Translations under genes and position numbers: made by a program | Source of the DNA: Lama glama | Taxonomy: Eukaryota | Direction: 5' to 3' | Length of the DNA: 64,000 bases | NCBI GenBank assembly: GCA_028534125.1 | Contig: CM052816.1 | Span: forward strand, 49,354,001 to 49,418,000 | Part shown: positions 1 to 11,559 of the stretch, one piece after another | Numbering within the stretch: the stretch's first letter is position 1 | Layout of the letters: every line of letters starts with the position of its first letter | Notes under the pieces: generated by a model | Told to the model about the DNA's origin: nothing | Database searches by the model: none | What the model saw: only the letters and a program-made list of their open reading frames with translations

Positions 1-77
1 AACAAAGATACATTGAAGAATTTCTTCAGGCTGTAAAAAAAAATGAGTTAAAGGAGTTCACTTTTTCAGCATATTAA
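1..77 (+). CDS. Putative partial coding exon, 5' end outside the window (QRYIEEFLQA, or continuing VKKNELKEFTFSAY*)
   Basis: Frame from position 3 is open to TAA at 75-77 and followed by AATAAA at 86-91. A weak internal donor GCT|GTAAAA after 32 would join in phase 0 to the exon at 478. No homology recognised. Confidence 0.3.
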   Translation, partial: QRYIEEFLQAVKKNELKEFTFSAY

Positions 78-477
78 ATTGTCAGAATAAAGTGATTAGC
101 ACGGTCATGGAATTTCAGATTGTCATAAAACCTGATAACATTTTCCTAGCCTTTTTACATTAAAGATAAAGTGAGACTCTGAGTCTCACTACCTAATTTT
201 TAACCTTCTTTCCTTCTTTAAGCTGTTTATTTTAAAATCTTTAAATTGTTTATAGCATGATTTGCACACTTTGTTTGAATGTGTTTAGTTTTTATAATCA
301 AAATTTTCAAAATAGAGTTGTTAGTATTTCCCCCTGACACTTATAAAGATTTTTCAGTTATTGGCCAAAAACAAAAGCAAAACATATAGAAGTACCCCCA
401 AATACCTTCTTTTAAAGAGCAAATAGAAATTTCTGCCACTCAGACTAAAATACTCAGTAATTTATTCTACCTTACAG

Positions 478-564
478 ATGGATAGCATCAACAGCATCCC
501 ACAGAGAGAAAGATACATAAGCAAAACGTTTAAAAGCTGTAATATGTCTGGTCTGATAATTGAG
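478..564 (+). CDS. Putative internal coding exon (MDSINSIPQRERYISKTFKSCNMSGLIIE)
   Basis: Strong acceptor tttattctaccttacag|. 87 nt, stop-free, phase 0-0. Weak donor GAG|gtgtct. Confidence 0.4.
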
Positions 565-1062
565 GTGTCTCCTCATTAGTTTTTCATTCTTGCCCAAGAA
601 GAGTAATGGCTGTGTTTCCTTTCACTTACTCTAATCAAACGATTTGAACTAGTTTGCTAAAGGACTGGGAGAAAGAACATGTGAGAAGGAAAGCAAGTTT
701 TCAGGGAAAATGAAGGAAAGAAAAATACAGTGAAGTCAGGCATAGAGCAAGTCCACCATGTGTCTTAACATGACTTACTACACGCAGTTGAGAGCAAGAC
801 CTCTGACCTTCCTTCTTTCTATTTCTGTAACGTTTACCCACTCATAGGTAAAATCACATCATATTTTAGTGCAGTTGACTGAACAATATTATTTGAATTA
901 ATCCTCCTAGCTACTTTTATTTTTAATCAACATTCAAGAAAAAAATGGCTAGCTCCTTTTAGCTGCATGTTCTGCAGTTTTACTACATTTTTAATGTGAA
1001 AAAAAAATTCCTACTGAGTAGTAATAGTTATCCAGAGAAAACCATTTACGTTGTTCTCATAG

Positions 1063-1116
1063 GCAGTCAAACAGAAGGACTCTGAACAACAGTTGATCAG
1101 TATAAAACAGAATTAA
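1063..1116 (+). CDS. Putative terminal coding exon (AVKQKDSEQQLISIKQN*)
   Basis: Acceptor ttgttctcatag|, in frame with 478-564. TAA at 1114-1116 is followed by two AATAAA hexamers. Confidence 0.45.
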   Translation, partial: AVKQKDSEQQLISIKQN

Positions 1117-1129
1117 CTTGTAGTAACAG

Positions 1130-1161
1130 AATAAAAGTGTAGTAACTATTTAAGAAATAAA
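1130..1161 (+). terminator. Tandem polyadenylation signals
   Basis: AATAAA at 1130-1135 and 1156-1161 just after the stop codon, with a T-rich tract at about 1205-1250. Confidence 0.4.
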
Positions 1162-2189
1162 ATCTGCACTGCCTCTGTCTCAGCATAGCGTGTCTAGCAT
1201 GAATGTTTTTTATTTTTTAAATTACTAGTATCCTTTTATTATTATTATTTTTGCTACAAAGAGATGATAACCAGAAGAACAATTGAACAAATGACAATGT
1301 ATTTTTCACTCTCTGGAAAAAGATGAGAAAAAAATTCAACTGCCTGTCACATTTTATCTTGGCTTTTTCATATGATATGAACACTTAAATGTATCCCCTC
1401 ATTGATCTTTATATTTACCTGTTAATGTGAAACATTTCTAAAACTACATAGCATACCACAAATTTCTTGTAGACTTTGTGAAAATTGAAAAAATTATCAA
1501 AGAATGATGGTTTTCATATCAAATTAACATCAAACAGTAAGATATCACTTAGTCTTTATGATAGGATACGCAGATAGGAAGAAGACCTAATTTATTTTTC
1601 AACAGAAAAGGGAAAAGCTTGTGTCAGAAAGTGTGATTAAAATGTAACACTTGCCTGTTAGTGAGACTGTGCAGAATAGATGAGAACTTGGAAAGTAAGT
1701 GCTAGATGAAAACCTATTATGCATATGCTCTTTAATTTGCCATGCTCAATCATTTTCAAATTGTGATCACCCAAAGTAAAAACAGAATAGCTGTCATTAG
1801 TATCTAGTGGTGTGAAGAAAAAAATATATATATTTGACCTCAGTACTATAAAAAGGCTAAACTCTAAGCCCATCTATGTAAGTTAAATTTCAAGATTGAA
1901 ACATATCATTGACTAACAAAAATTTTAATGAAAATCTAAACATAATTTAATCCTAAAACACCAAGATACATAGTATTGAGTGGATCTCTAATATTATCAA
2001 ATAGTTATTTTTAATGCTGTGAAATTGAAAAATAATACTATACATGTGATCAGAAGTAAAAAAGACATCTTTCAGGAAATAGAAACTTATTTTTCCGTAT
2101 AACAAAATCAGCATGCATAGCACTGTAAAAATACTAATTAAAATTGAAAGGATTACAGCATTATTTGTTCAACACATGTTTACTGAGTG

Positions 2190-2950
2190 CTGTTTAGTTT
2201 ACCATTGCTATGTAACAAATTACTACAAACACAGTGCTTAAAATAACCACTTGTTAGCTCATAATTGTGTAGATCAGAAGTCCAGGCATGGTGTGTAATG
2301 TAACACTCAGACATATAAATGAGAAGATTTATTGCAGAAATTGGCTCACATGATTATAGAGCCTGAGAAGTCCCATAATCTTCTGTCTAGAACCAGAGGA
2401 CCGGAAAAGTTGATGGTCTAACTCAGTTCAACTCCAAAGATCTGAAAGCCAGGGAAGCTGTTCATGGAAGTCTGGTACCAATTTGAAGGCCAAAGGAGCA
2501 GGAGCACCGGTTTCTAAGGGCAAGGAAAGTTGGATTTCTCAGCTCAGAGAAGCAAATCCACCTTTCCTCTGCCTTTTGTTCTGTTGGGGCCCTCCATGGA
2601 CTGGATGATGCCTGCCTACTTGACTCAGTGCACCAATTCAAATGCTAATTTCTTCCAGAACCACCCTCACGGACGCACCCAGAAATGCTTTACCAGCTAT
2701 CTGGGCATCCCTTTGCGAAACAAGTTGACTCATACTGTCGACCATCACAAGATAGCAACTTAGCTGAGTTCTTCTGTGGAGACTCTGTGGAAAAATCCTC
2801 TTGCAGGCTTAATAAGATCATTGGCAGAAATCAGTTTCTTGCTGCAGTAGGATTGTAGCCCCCATTTCCTTGCTGGCTGTCAGTCAGGGGTGATTCTCAG
2901 CTCCCAAAGACTGCTCTCATTACTTGCCATGTGACCTTCTCCATCTCCAG
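2190..2950 (-). mobile_element. MaLR LTR (MLT1D/E-like), split by an MLT2 insertion
   Basis: Begins tgtttagtttaccattgctatgtaacaaattac, the reverse complement of the MLT1 3' end. Resumes after 2750 with ggcagaaatcagtttcttgctgcagtagg...ttccttgctggctgtcag. Confidence 0.75.
2296..2749 (-). mobile_element. ERVL LTR (MLT2B-like) nested in the MLT1
   Basis: Contains gatttatt...aattggctcacatgattatagagcctgagaagtccca and ends aagttgac...accatcaca, both characteristic of MLT2. Confidence 0.8.
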
Positions 2951-2989
2951 ACCTTGGGACACCAATAATCAGGGTTTGGAGTACAAGCA

Positions 2990-3640
2990 GAAGACCCAAA
3001 GAATTCTGAGAAGTTGTGAGTGACCAAAGAGATAGGAAGAAAATCTTGAGAATATGGTGTCATTGATGCAAGTGAAACAGGTATTTCAAAGAAGAGAAGG
3101 CGTCACACTCTGTCACTGCTTTTCATGGGTCAAGGAAGATGAGAGCTGAGAACTCACCATTGGATTTGGCAGTGTGCAGAAGAATGTCCGTCTTAGCAAC
3201 AGTTTCAGCAGTGTTGCAGTAAATACTGAAGAGCAGGGGAGAAGAATTGAAGCTAAAACAGATGCGGAGATAACTCCTTTAAGAAGTTTTGCTGTGAAGT
3301 GTATAGGAGAGAGAGATACTAGAAGGCAGGGAAAATGTGGTCAAAGTAGTTTGTTTTTACATGAGAAAAATGACAGCATGTTCGTATGCTAATGAGAATG
3401 ATCTTCCATGTGAAAAATTGATGATGCTTTTGAATGACATCCTTGAGTAGGTCAGATGGAAAGGGATCTTAAGCACAAGTGGAGGAGTTGACCTTACTAG
3501 AGCAAGGAGAGTCCTTCCATAGGAAGAGGAGTGAAGGCAGAACATGGATTAGCTAGGTACAGCTGCTGGTAGCCAGGTGGATGTGTAGGTGCCTGTGAAT
3601 GTTTTGTTACTGATTTCTTCTTTTTTCTTAGTTAAATTAT
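2990..3640 (-). mobile_element. LINE L2 fragment
   Basis: AG-rich L2 antisense motifs, e.g. gtcaaggaagatgagagctgagaactcaccattggatttggca. Confidence 0.7.
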
Positions 3641-4169
3641 ATTGTCAATTAGTGCTTTGCAGGTAGGAGAACCTAGTAGTAGGAAGAGCACTCCTAAAAT
3701 AATTAAGACTGTATTCTCATACTTCGCTGCCCTGAAATAACTCTGTGATTAGATTGGGCAGCCCTGTAGAGCCGTGGAGTCTCTGTGCCTCCACTCTTCA
3801 GTCTGCACAGGGTAAGGATTTAGCTAGTTACCTTTACATCTCTCCCAGTGCTGAAATATTAATAAGTTATAATAATAGTAATGTTTTTACTGGCATACCT
3901 TTAATTCTGAACTGAAAAAAAAAGGGAGAAATAAGTACCATACGTTTGTTGAGTAGACAACAGGGAAATGTGCAAAACTCCATCATTCAGAAGAAAAATT
4001 CTTCTCTAATTAGGACACAGAGTATTTCTATTACAAATTGAGAAGGCAGGATTTATTTTTTAAGACAAGGGCTATAGAGGTCAATTCTCCTCACTCATAT
4101 CTCCATAGAAAATGCCATGGAATCATAGATTACCAAGATAAGACTTGCTTATTCAAAAGTTAAAGAATT

Positions 4170-4340
4170 TAATTATAGAAAAGACCTTAGAGATGATAAG
4201 ATCTTCACTTCTCGAAGGAGGAAACTGAGATCTAAAGAAAATAAGGTAATTGGTCCCAAGTGCATAGCTGTATCTCCACTCAGAGAGACAGGAGCCAGGT
4301 CTCCTGGATGCCAAATGAGTGTTTTTACTTTATGCCAGAT
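4170..4340 (-). mobile_element. MIR SINE
   Basis: Core motif gaggaaactgag, followed by cccaagtgcatagc and ccaggtctcctg. Confidence 0.6.
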
Positions 4341-4377
4341 AACAGACATTTATTCCCCAGCATAGCTCTCCATCTTT

Positions 4378-4471
4378 ATTTGTTTATTTATTTATTTATT
4401 TTTATTGAAGTACAATCAGTTACAGTGTATCAATTTCTGGTGTATAGCACAATGTCCCCAGGCATGCATTG
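4378..4471 (-). mobile_element. Young, severely truncated L1 3' end (camelid type)
   Basis: (TTTA)n tail then ttgaagtacaatcagttacagtgtatcaatttctggtgtatagcac. Flanked by CATCTTT at 4371-4377 and 4472-4478, a probable TSD. Confidence 0.8.
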
Positions 4472-5389
4472 CATCTTTCTTTCTGGATTGGAATTACACC
4501 AGTTTTTACTCAGCAATCAACAAATACTTGTTGAGCAATCACTATCTGTCCATCTCTAATTTAAAATTGGAGATACAGCAATAAACTCAATGTATGAGGC
4601 CAGTGGTCTCACAAAGCTTAATTCTAGGAAAATAAATGCATTCTTGTTCCAGGGATAGATAAATCACTATTCTCAAGAAACATTCTTTTGTCTTTTCACC
4701 TATTCCAAGAACACAGAGCACTGGGCTCAGTGCTGGTGGGACGGACACAAGCATAAGACAGGGTCCCTGCTCTCAAACTGCTGATAGTGAGTCGAAGCAG
4801 GCAGAAACAGAGAAGGACAACTGCAGTTGACATTGATAAATGCTGGGACAGGAGTGTGCACAAAGGCAAAACTCTAATAAAGACTGTGAAGTCAAACCCA
4901 TCTTCCTGGGATAGCCAATACCAGTGTCCAACAGGATTAAAAATGTGTGAAGAAATTAACCCACTAAAGGTGAGGAGGTAAACAGCTGTTCAAGTCAAGT
5001 GAAAAAGCCAAGAAGCCAGGGAGTAGATTGTACAATGAAGGAAATGCAAGACGTTCTACTGAATGAGCACACCAGGCAAAGAGAAAAAAGAGATTGACAT
5101 GAGAGGGTTTTTCTTTTTGGGGGGTTTTGTTAATAACTTTATTTAAATGTCCCAAGGATCCCAAACCCCACTGAAAAATTAAAATTTCAGAGAACTCTAG
5201 TAAAAGCACATAAAACCCTCACAGTTAGTATCACAATTCATGACACAGCTCTTATTTTGAGGAAGGTTATTTTACCCTTTATTATAAAGGCACAGAAGTC
5301 ACCTGAGACCTTGTGTATTAACCACACTGCATGTTAGGTTTGGAGAAGGACCTGGAGAGGCAGCCAATGGGAATTCTGTGAATTAGGCC

Positions 5390-5510
5390 TTCACAGTGTG
5401 CCAAGAATTGTGCTAAGCCCTTGTTCTCCATAACAGCCTTAAAATTCTGCTTAGCCATTATTTTAGCACCATTTAACAAGTGACAAAAATGAGATTCAGA
5501 GAGTAAATAG
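5390..5510 (-). mobile_element. MIR fragment (explains ORF 5318-5518)
   Basis: Reverse complement reads tctctgaatctcatttttgtcacttgttaaatgg...gcttagcacaattcttggcaca. Confidence 0.6.
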
Positions 5511-5689
5511 CCATCCACTCTACAGTGTGCATAAGAGGTGGTGTAGAATGAAGGTCTTTCTAAAATCAGATATAGAATTTAACTGTTGCCCTAAAACGTA
5601 CTTGAAATTGTACTTTTTATGATCTATTTTTTCTACTTGTTGTTGCTTGTTTATTTTCTTTTAATTTTTGTTTCCACTGATGGCAAACG

Positions 5690-6500
5690 AAATCTTTGGA
5701 TGATTTTAGCAGGAGATTATGATTCAAGTAAATTTGATTTTTTTAAATTTTACAATAGTCTGGCTGTATAATGGATTTAGAAGGAATAGACAAGTGAGAG
5801 AAAACAATATTGGTGGCAGAGAGACATTTTGGAAGGCCCTTTGAGAAGGCTGTGAAAATAATGAAGGTTTAAATTAAAGTAATACTACAAGGTACATTAG
5901 AATTAGATAAGTTGAAAAATACTAAAGAAGTTGAGTTGAGAGTGCTTTGTGACTAAACGTGGGGAATGATAGACCAAGACAGGTGTTCCATTACTGATAG
6001 TGGAATACAGGGTAACAAGTGTTGTGGGTTGAATTATGTTACCCAAAAGTTAAGATGAGGCCATACTGCAGTGGAGTGGACCCTAAATCCCATGACTGGT
6101 ATCCTTAAAGAAGTTAGGAGACACAGAGACACACACAAGAAAGCAGGCCGTTTGAAGATGGGTACAGAGATTGGGGTGGTGCAGCCAACAGCCAAGGAAC
6201 ACCAAGGATTGGTGGCGACTGCCAAAACTAGGATAGAGGCATGGGATGGATTATCCCTCAGAGGTTCTAGAAGGAACCAACCCTGACAACAGTCTGATTT
6301 TGGAGTCCCACCTCCACAGCTGTGACAGAGTACATTTTTATTGGTTTAAGCCACCTAGTTTGTGGTAGTTTGTTATGGCAGACCTAGAAATGTAATACAG
6401 AGAGCAAGATCATCAGTAGGGGGAGGAGGTGTCATTGATTCAGATTTTCTCTGGTTATATTTGAGGTCCTTATGGAGAAATCCAGGAGGAATTGGAAGTG
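5690..6500 (-). mobile_element. L2 fragment interrupted by MLT1C
   Basis: AG-rich L2 antisense sequence continues on both sides of the LTR at 6020-6399. Confidence 0.5.
6020..6399 (+). mobile_element. MaLR LTR (MLT1C-like), internally deleted
   Basis: Start tgttgtgggttgaattatg; internal agccaaggaacaccaaggattg; end tttaagccacctagtttgtggtagtttgttatggcag...aataca. Confidence 0.85.
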
Positions 6501-6509
6501 AGAAATTTG

Positions 6510-6722
6510 TCTTTCTCTCTCCCTCCCTTCCTCTTTATCTCTTTTCTTTCTTTCTCTCCCTTTCTTTGTTTCTTTCTGTCTTCACTTCCTTTCTTTCTCT
6601 CTCTCTCCTCTGTCTCCCTGTATTTCTTTTTCTCCCAAATATACATTTTTCTGTCCACCTGTATTCCCTCTGTCTCAGGTCTCTTTTTACTGTTTCTGTG
6701 CTTCACCCTTCTCCTCTTTCTC
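6510..6722. repeat. CT-rich low-complexity tract
   Basis: Polypyrimidine run that generates three spurious overlapping ORFs. Confidence 0.85.
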
Positions 6723-7149
6723 ATTAACTGGCATTTAATATATAATATGGACAAATATTTTCATGTTGGACTTGATTATAATACAAAAAGCATTTTGGAT
6801 GTTGTATTTTTCTAAAATAAAATTACTTTTTTTAAAAAAATAAATAGATTAGGTAGGCAAATGTGCTTGTATTAATTTCAAGCTTCTAAACTTCTGCATT
6901 AGGATACCTAATCTCAGACTGATGGCCCAGTGCTATACTTCAAATGTTTTTCTGTCATTCCAGGAAAGCTTACTTCCGTATAAACCACTGAAGTGGCAGT
7001 CTTTTCTTCAGATTGGTCTCTGCCTTCATAACCCACTCTTTATATGCCTTTATTAAGATTAAATGACATGCCACATGCTTCACATGTTTAAAGGATAAAA
7101 TAAATAAATTTAAACATGTGACTGCAACTGTCAAACCATCAGATTAATA

Positions 7150-7375
7150 AGCAATCAAGATAGTAAACACAGTCATCCCCACCAAGATTTCCTCTGCTTC
7201 ACTGTAATCTCTCCCTCCCACCCTCTTCCCTCACCTCCAGCCAACTACTGGTCTGCTTTATGTCAGTATGGGCTAGTTTGTATTTTCTAGAAATTTATAC
7301 AAAATGTTACTCTTTGTCTGACTTCTTTCATTCATCAGCAAGATCTTTTGACTTTGATTCATGTTATTGCCTGTA
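7150..7375 (-). mobile_element. Old L1 3' UTR fragment (L1MC/MD-like)
   Basis: ccagccaactactggtctgctttatgtcagtatgg...tattttctagaaatttata...gattcatgttattgc. Confidence 0.7.
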
Positions 7376-9039
7376 CGGTCTATTTACAACTGATTTCTTA
7401 CTTGGAAATTGTCAAGTTCGCCCATAAATCTGATGAGTGAGCCAGCGTAAAAGCTCTGAGAATGGTGACTAATCATCTTTGGGGGTATTTGAACTTGAGA
7501 CGCACATTAATAGCAGGAGCAGAATCTACCAAACATGCAGAAAAAGAGACACGTTTTCTCTGTTTCCTCAGACTGGCAGAGCAGTACGGCAAGACCAGTG
7601 ATGGGGCTCATAACATACAACTTTGGCATTTTATTTTACTATTTTAAATCTCTCTGTATGTGAATATATCTCTTTAATGTAATTTAGAATTATAAGCATT
7701 CCTTTTCTGAAAATAGGTCTTAAAATGACTCATTTTCACAAAACTACTTATTTCATTAGCAAAAGTAAAGGCAAATCAACTGAAAGAAATACCATGTTCC
7801 TGATGTTGGCACACTGACAACAGTAAATAACATTCAAAGGCTCTTTTTACTGACAAAGGAAATATCCTTTTCAAGGTTATAAATAACTTTGGAGAGTTCA
7901 TTAATATTTTTCTTTACTCTGTTGAAAAACATAATGGATAAAGTTCTGAGAGGAATAAACACTTCTAATAAAAAGAATAGAACTGAGAATATTGTCAGGA
8001 GTACTTCAGGATTTACAATAAATCTGGTTGTGTTAGGGAAGCCCAATGCATGTTTCTCCTATAGGAACAAAATATCATAACTTGTCTAACCACTTGTCTA
8101 CCAACACATGACCACTTCATAATAAATTCAAATTATGGAAGAACTTTAAGTATTCTTCCAGGAAGAGCTATTAGAAATACCTCTGCATTGAAAGGTTAAT
8201 GAATCCATGAGAAGTCAAAAATATTGATGTAATATTAGGTTAAGTCATGTAGTGCATTGGTATTCAGGCATGTTTGAATCATTAAATGTTTTCAAAAAAA
8301 TTATTATTCACAGATGGTCCAAAATCAATGCCTTAGCTTTGTTGTGATAGAGTCTACCAAAAAAAGTATGTGGAATTTACTACCAGAAATCCAAGCCACA
8401 TAGAATTAGCATAGTATGGCAAAATTTCTGAAGTACAATTTTAGATAGTTCAGTATCAAATTTTTTCCATTAATTTATAGTCTTTCCTGAGTTTTTAGAG
8501 AAATCATAAATAGTATATTGCATGCACATTGCTTTATTGAAAACCACTTTTGGTGTGATTAGAAATCTCTAAAATGTATTTTTATTTTAGCATTTATGTT
8601 TATACATACACACAGTGTTCAAACCTTGCATATACTTATTAGAAATAACTGAATTACAAAACAATCAGAAAAATTTTCCTGAATTTTACTAAAGAATTCT
8701 AAAAGCAAGTTAGTATTAAAGTTAGTAAATAAAACTAGTAAATTATATAAATGTTAAACCATGAACTTAAACTATTTCTAAGATTACAGACAGCCTAAAG
8801 ACAATAAAAATTCAATGAAGTTATACAAATAATAGAGAAATAAAGGTATGCTTTGAGTACAAATGTCTTAATTCATACCAATGTAAAAGAAATATTAGAG
8901 AAACCAAAATAGTAACATACAGACATTTCCAAAAGCTCCAGAACAGAATGCAGTAATTTGAAAATGAAGAAATGATTCTTTTAACAGTTTTCTCTATAAT
9001 ACCACATTTCTTATTATCTCTCCTTCATATAGTTATAGA

Positions 9040-9330
9040 AATCTTCATAAAAATTTTCTTTTCTCCAATCCCAATTTCATATAAGTGGAGACCAAGCTTT
9101 AGAAAACTTAAATAATTTATCCAAGGTCTCAAATTTTAATGTGGGATAGTGGATCGTCTTTCATACCAAAGCCAATGTTTCTAATCATTCTACCAGCACC
9201 TCTTCATCTATGGACGTGAGCTTTACTCTCTCACTCTAACTACAAAGAAATCCTTAACGAGTTGTTGCATTACATATCTTAGCCTTGGTTTCCTTATTTG
9301 TTAAATGATAGCACTGTATAGGTAAGCTTT
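9040..9330. mobile_element. Two degenerate MIR fragments in opposite orientations
   Basis: aaataatttatccaaggtc (antisense core) and ttagccttggtttccttatttgttaaatg (sense core). Confidence 0.5.
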
Positions 9331-11559
9331 AAATGTTCTCAGTGTTAAAAACACGGCAGCATTGTGACTCTCCATTATTAGTGTATGAGATGATTTAAAT
9401 CATTGCATAACCTCAGTAGTGATTAAAACTGTTAATTTAATTGTTCACAGATTATCTGATCATTGTTTGTAACTGATTAAAAGAGTCGGGATGGACATTC
9501 AGGCCTTTACACCTTTTCCCTATGTCTACTCTCATCTCCCTCACAATTCTGGTACTTGAATTCTCAAAGAGATTCATTTCATCTTTAAATAAATTAGACA
9601 AATTTTCTTATGTGGATTAATTCTTTTTCTCAGTGGTATGCAAGGATTTATTCTGTGTTTTATCTAATGGGGCCATGCAGAAGAGATACAATTCCTAACT
9701 CATATGGTAGCCCTGAACATTTCTTTTCTATGCTAGGCAGTCCTGCTTATGATTCTTACTGTAACATGGGTTCTAGATTTTTATCTTCACAATATTTTTC
9801 CTTATTTGAGGTGTTTTAGATTACCTGAAACCCTTTTGATATGTGGCTCCCAGAATTAAACACAAGATGCTTAGGCAGACTGAATAATTTGTTTACTTAA
9901 AGTCATATAAATGGAATTTAACAGAGTGTATCACATAAAAGAAAAAAAATCAGATATTACTTTGAGGAGCTAATATAATAATGTTCACCTGCATTTCAAT
10001 TTAAAACAATTTAAAAATTAAAATAGAGTCTAGGATACAGTATGTACAACAAACTGAGTCATAGCTTTAACATTAAGGTGTTAAAATAGTCAGATTTATG
10101 TTCTGCTTCATAAATAGGTTACTAGTATGCTCTCACTTATTTTTCTAACTATTAAAATGCTAACAATAGGTATCATAGACTTTTTTACTTTAAAATTAAA
10201 ACGTTTAGACAGATACTTAATTTGCTCATCACTCTCATAATTTAGTTAGAAAAATATATTTGAAAGAAATTTCAGTGTCATTAAACATAATGAATTTCAC
10301 TTTGTTCATTGTCAGAAATGCTCAAATGTATAGGAATCAGAATCAAGAAAAGTTAAGACAGATCTCTATGAACTGAATTGATTAACGTAATTTGCTAAGA
10401 GTAAAACCATAAGGGTCAGCCATGGGGTTGAACTGGGAAGGGTCCAAATGAAGATTTATATACGGATGATTAAATTATTTCGGTAGCATGTATCAAATAC
10501 ATGCTTGTTTATAATTCAATAAATTCCCTGGTGGTGTTCCATTTGTCAGCATTTTTACTCACTGATGAATATTTTAAATGCTCATGTTTTGGTTGACTTT
10601 TATAACTGAACCACTACCTAAGAAATGAAAACATTAAATCACAAGATTGTTGATCTAGTCTTTTCAGTTGTCTTGAAACTATAACTCAGTTTGCTGTAGA
10701 ACATATTTATCACATGTTTAAAAGTCATCTTTCAAAACTGGCAAAACCATCTGAAAAAAAACTTGGAAAAGTATCTGAAAAAATATTCTTTATCATATGG
10801 CAAATTAAGAAATAACATAACATGATCAAGAATATTTATTATTTTAGCTATTTTTTCTATAATACAGAAAAGTATTGTTATTAAATTTAAAAATTAAAGG
10901 AAACGTAATAATTGAAAACTTAAATATACGTAAGAAATCCTGGAAAATTCTCTTAGGATGAAAAACTCCTGTAGTTATTCATTTTCTAATGCTCAACACT
11001 ATTACAAAATCTACTTTTTTCTAACCTGTATCTTCCTGTAAATCATCGATTCAGATTTCAAACATACTGAGCCCTCAGTAACTTTTCCTTCCCTTTGTTA
11101 TATGATGTAACTATGTTTCACACATACTTTATTACTCTTGACTGTTTTTCAAGATAATTTCCTATGAGTTTTGAGCATAAAGGCTCTATAAACAAGTATG
11201 TATTGTCTGTTGAGACTTCCTGAATGACCCTCAATGATGTAGACTTTGAGTGGTACTCTTATCGTTTTCACACTTGGCAGAACTTAATTTTCAGAAAATA
11301 GGTAAGAAAAGGACAGTGTGTGATGCACCAGATCAGTTTACATCTATCCATAAAAACCCACAGAACTTGTGTTCTCATATACAGCTTTCAAGGATGCATG
11401 GGGTAGTGTCACTGGTATAAATAATTAAAAAATAAATAAATACATACATAAATTCAGTGATTGAGCAATGAATGGCAATTTAGTAGATAAAAACCCTAAA
11501 GTTCAATAAGTTGAGGCTATGGATGAAATTGGATGAAAATAAGAATTTTTTCACTTTTA

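Noticed and set aside
6362..6815. Three overlapping ORFs of 94-121 aa
   Set aside because: They are produced by the CT-rich low-complexity tract.
6974..7047. ETNLKKRLPLQWFIRK resembling the TRPA1 post-S6 segment
   Set aside because: The match is short, with no S6 helix, ankyrin repeats or other TRPA1 exons. TRPA1 is much more conserved than this.
10388..10617. Possible extra minus-strand exon (acceptor catttcttag, donor TCA|gtgagt)
   Set aside because: There are stops in all frames from this acceptor and its phase does not fit the chain without extra assumptions. It is left out but not disproved.
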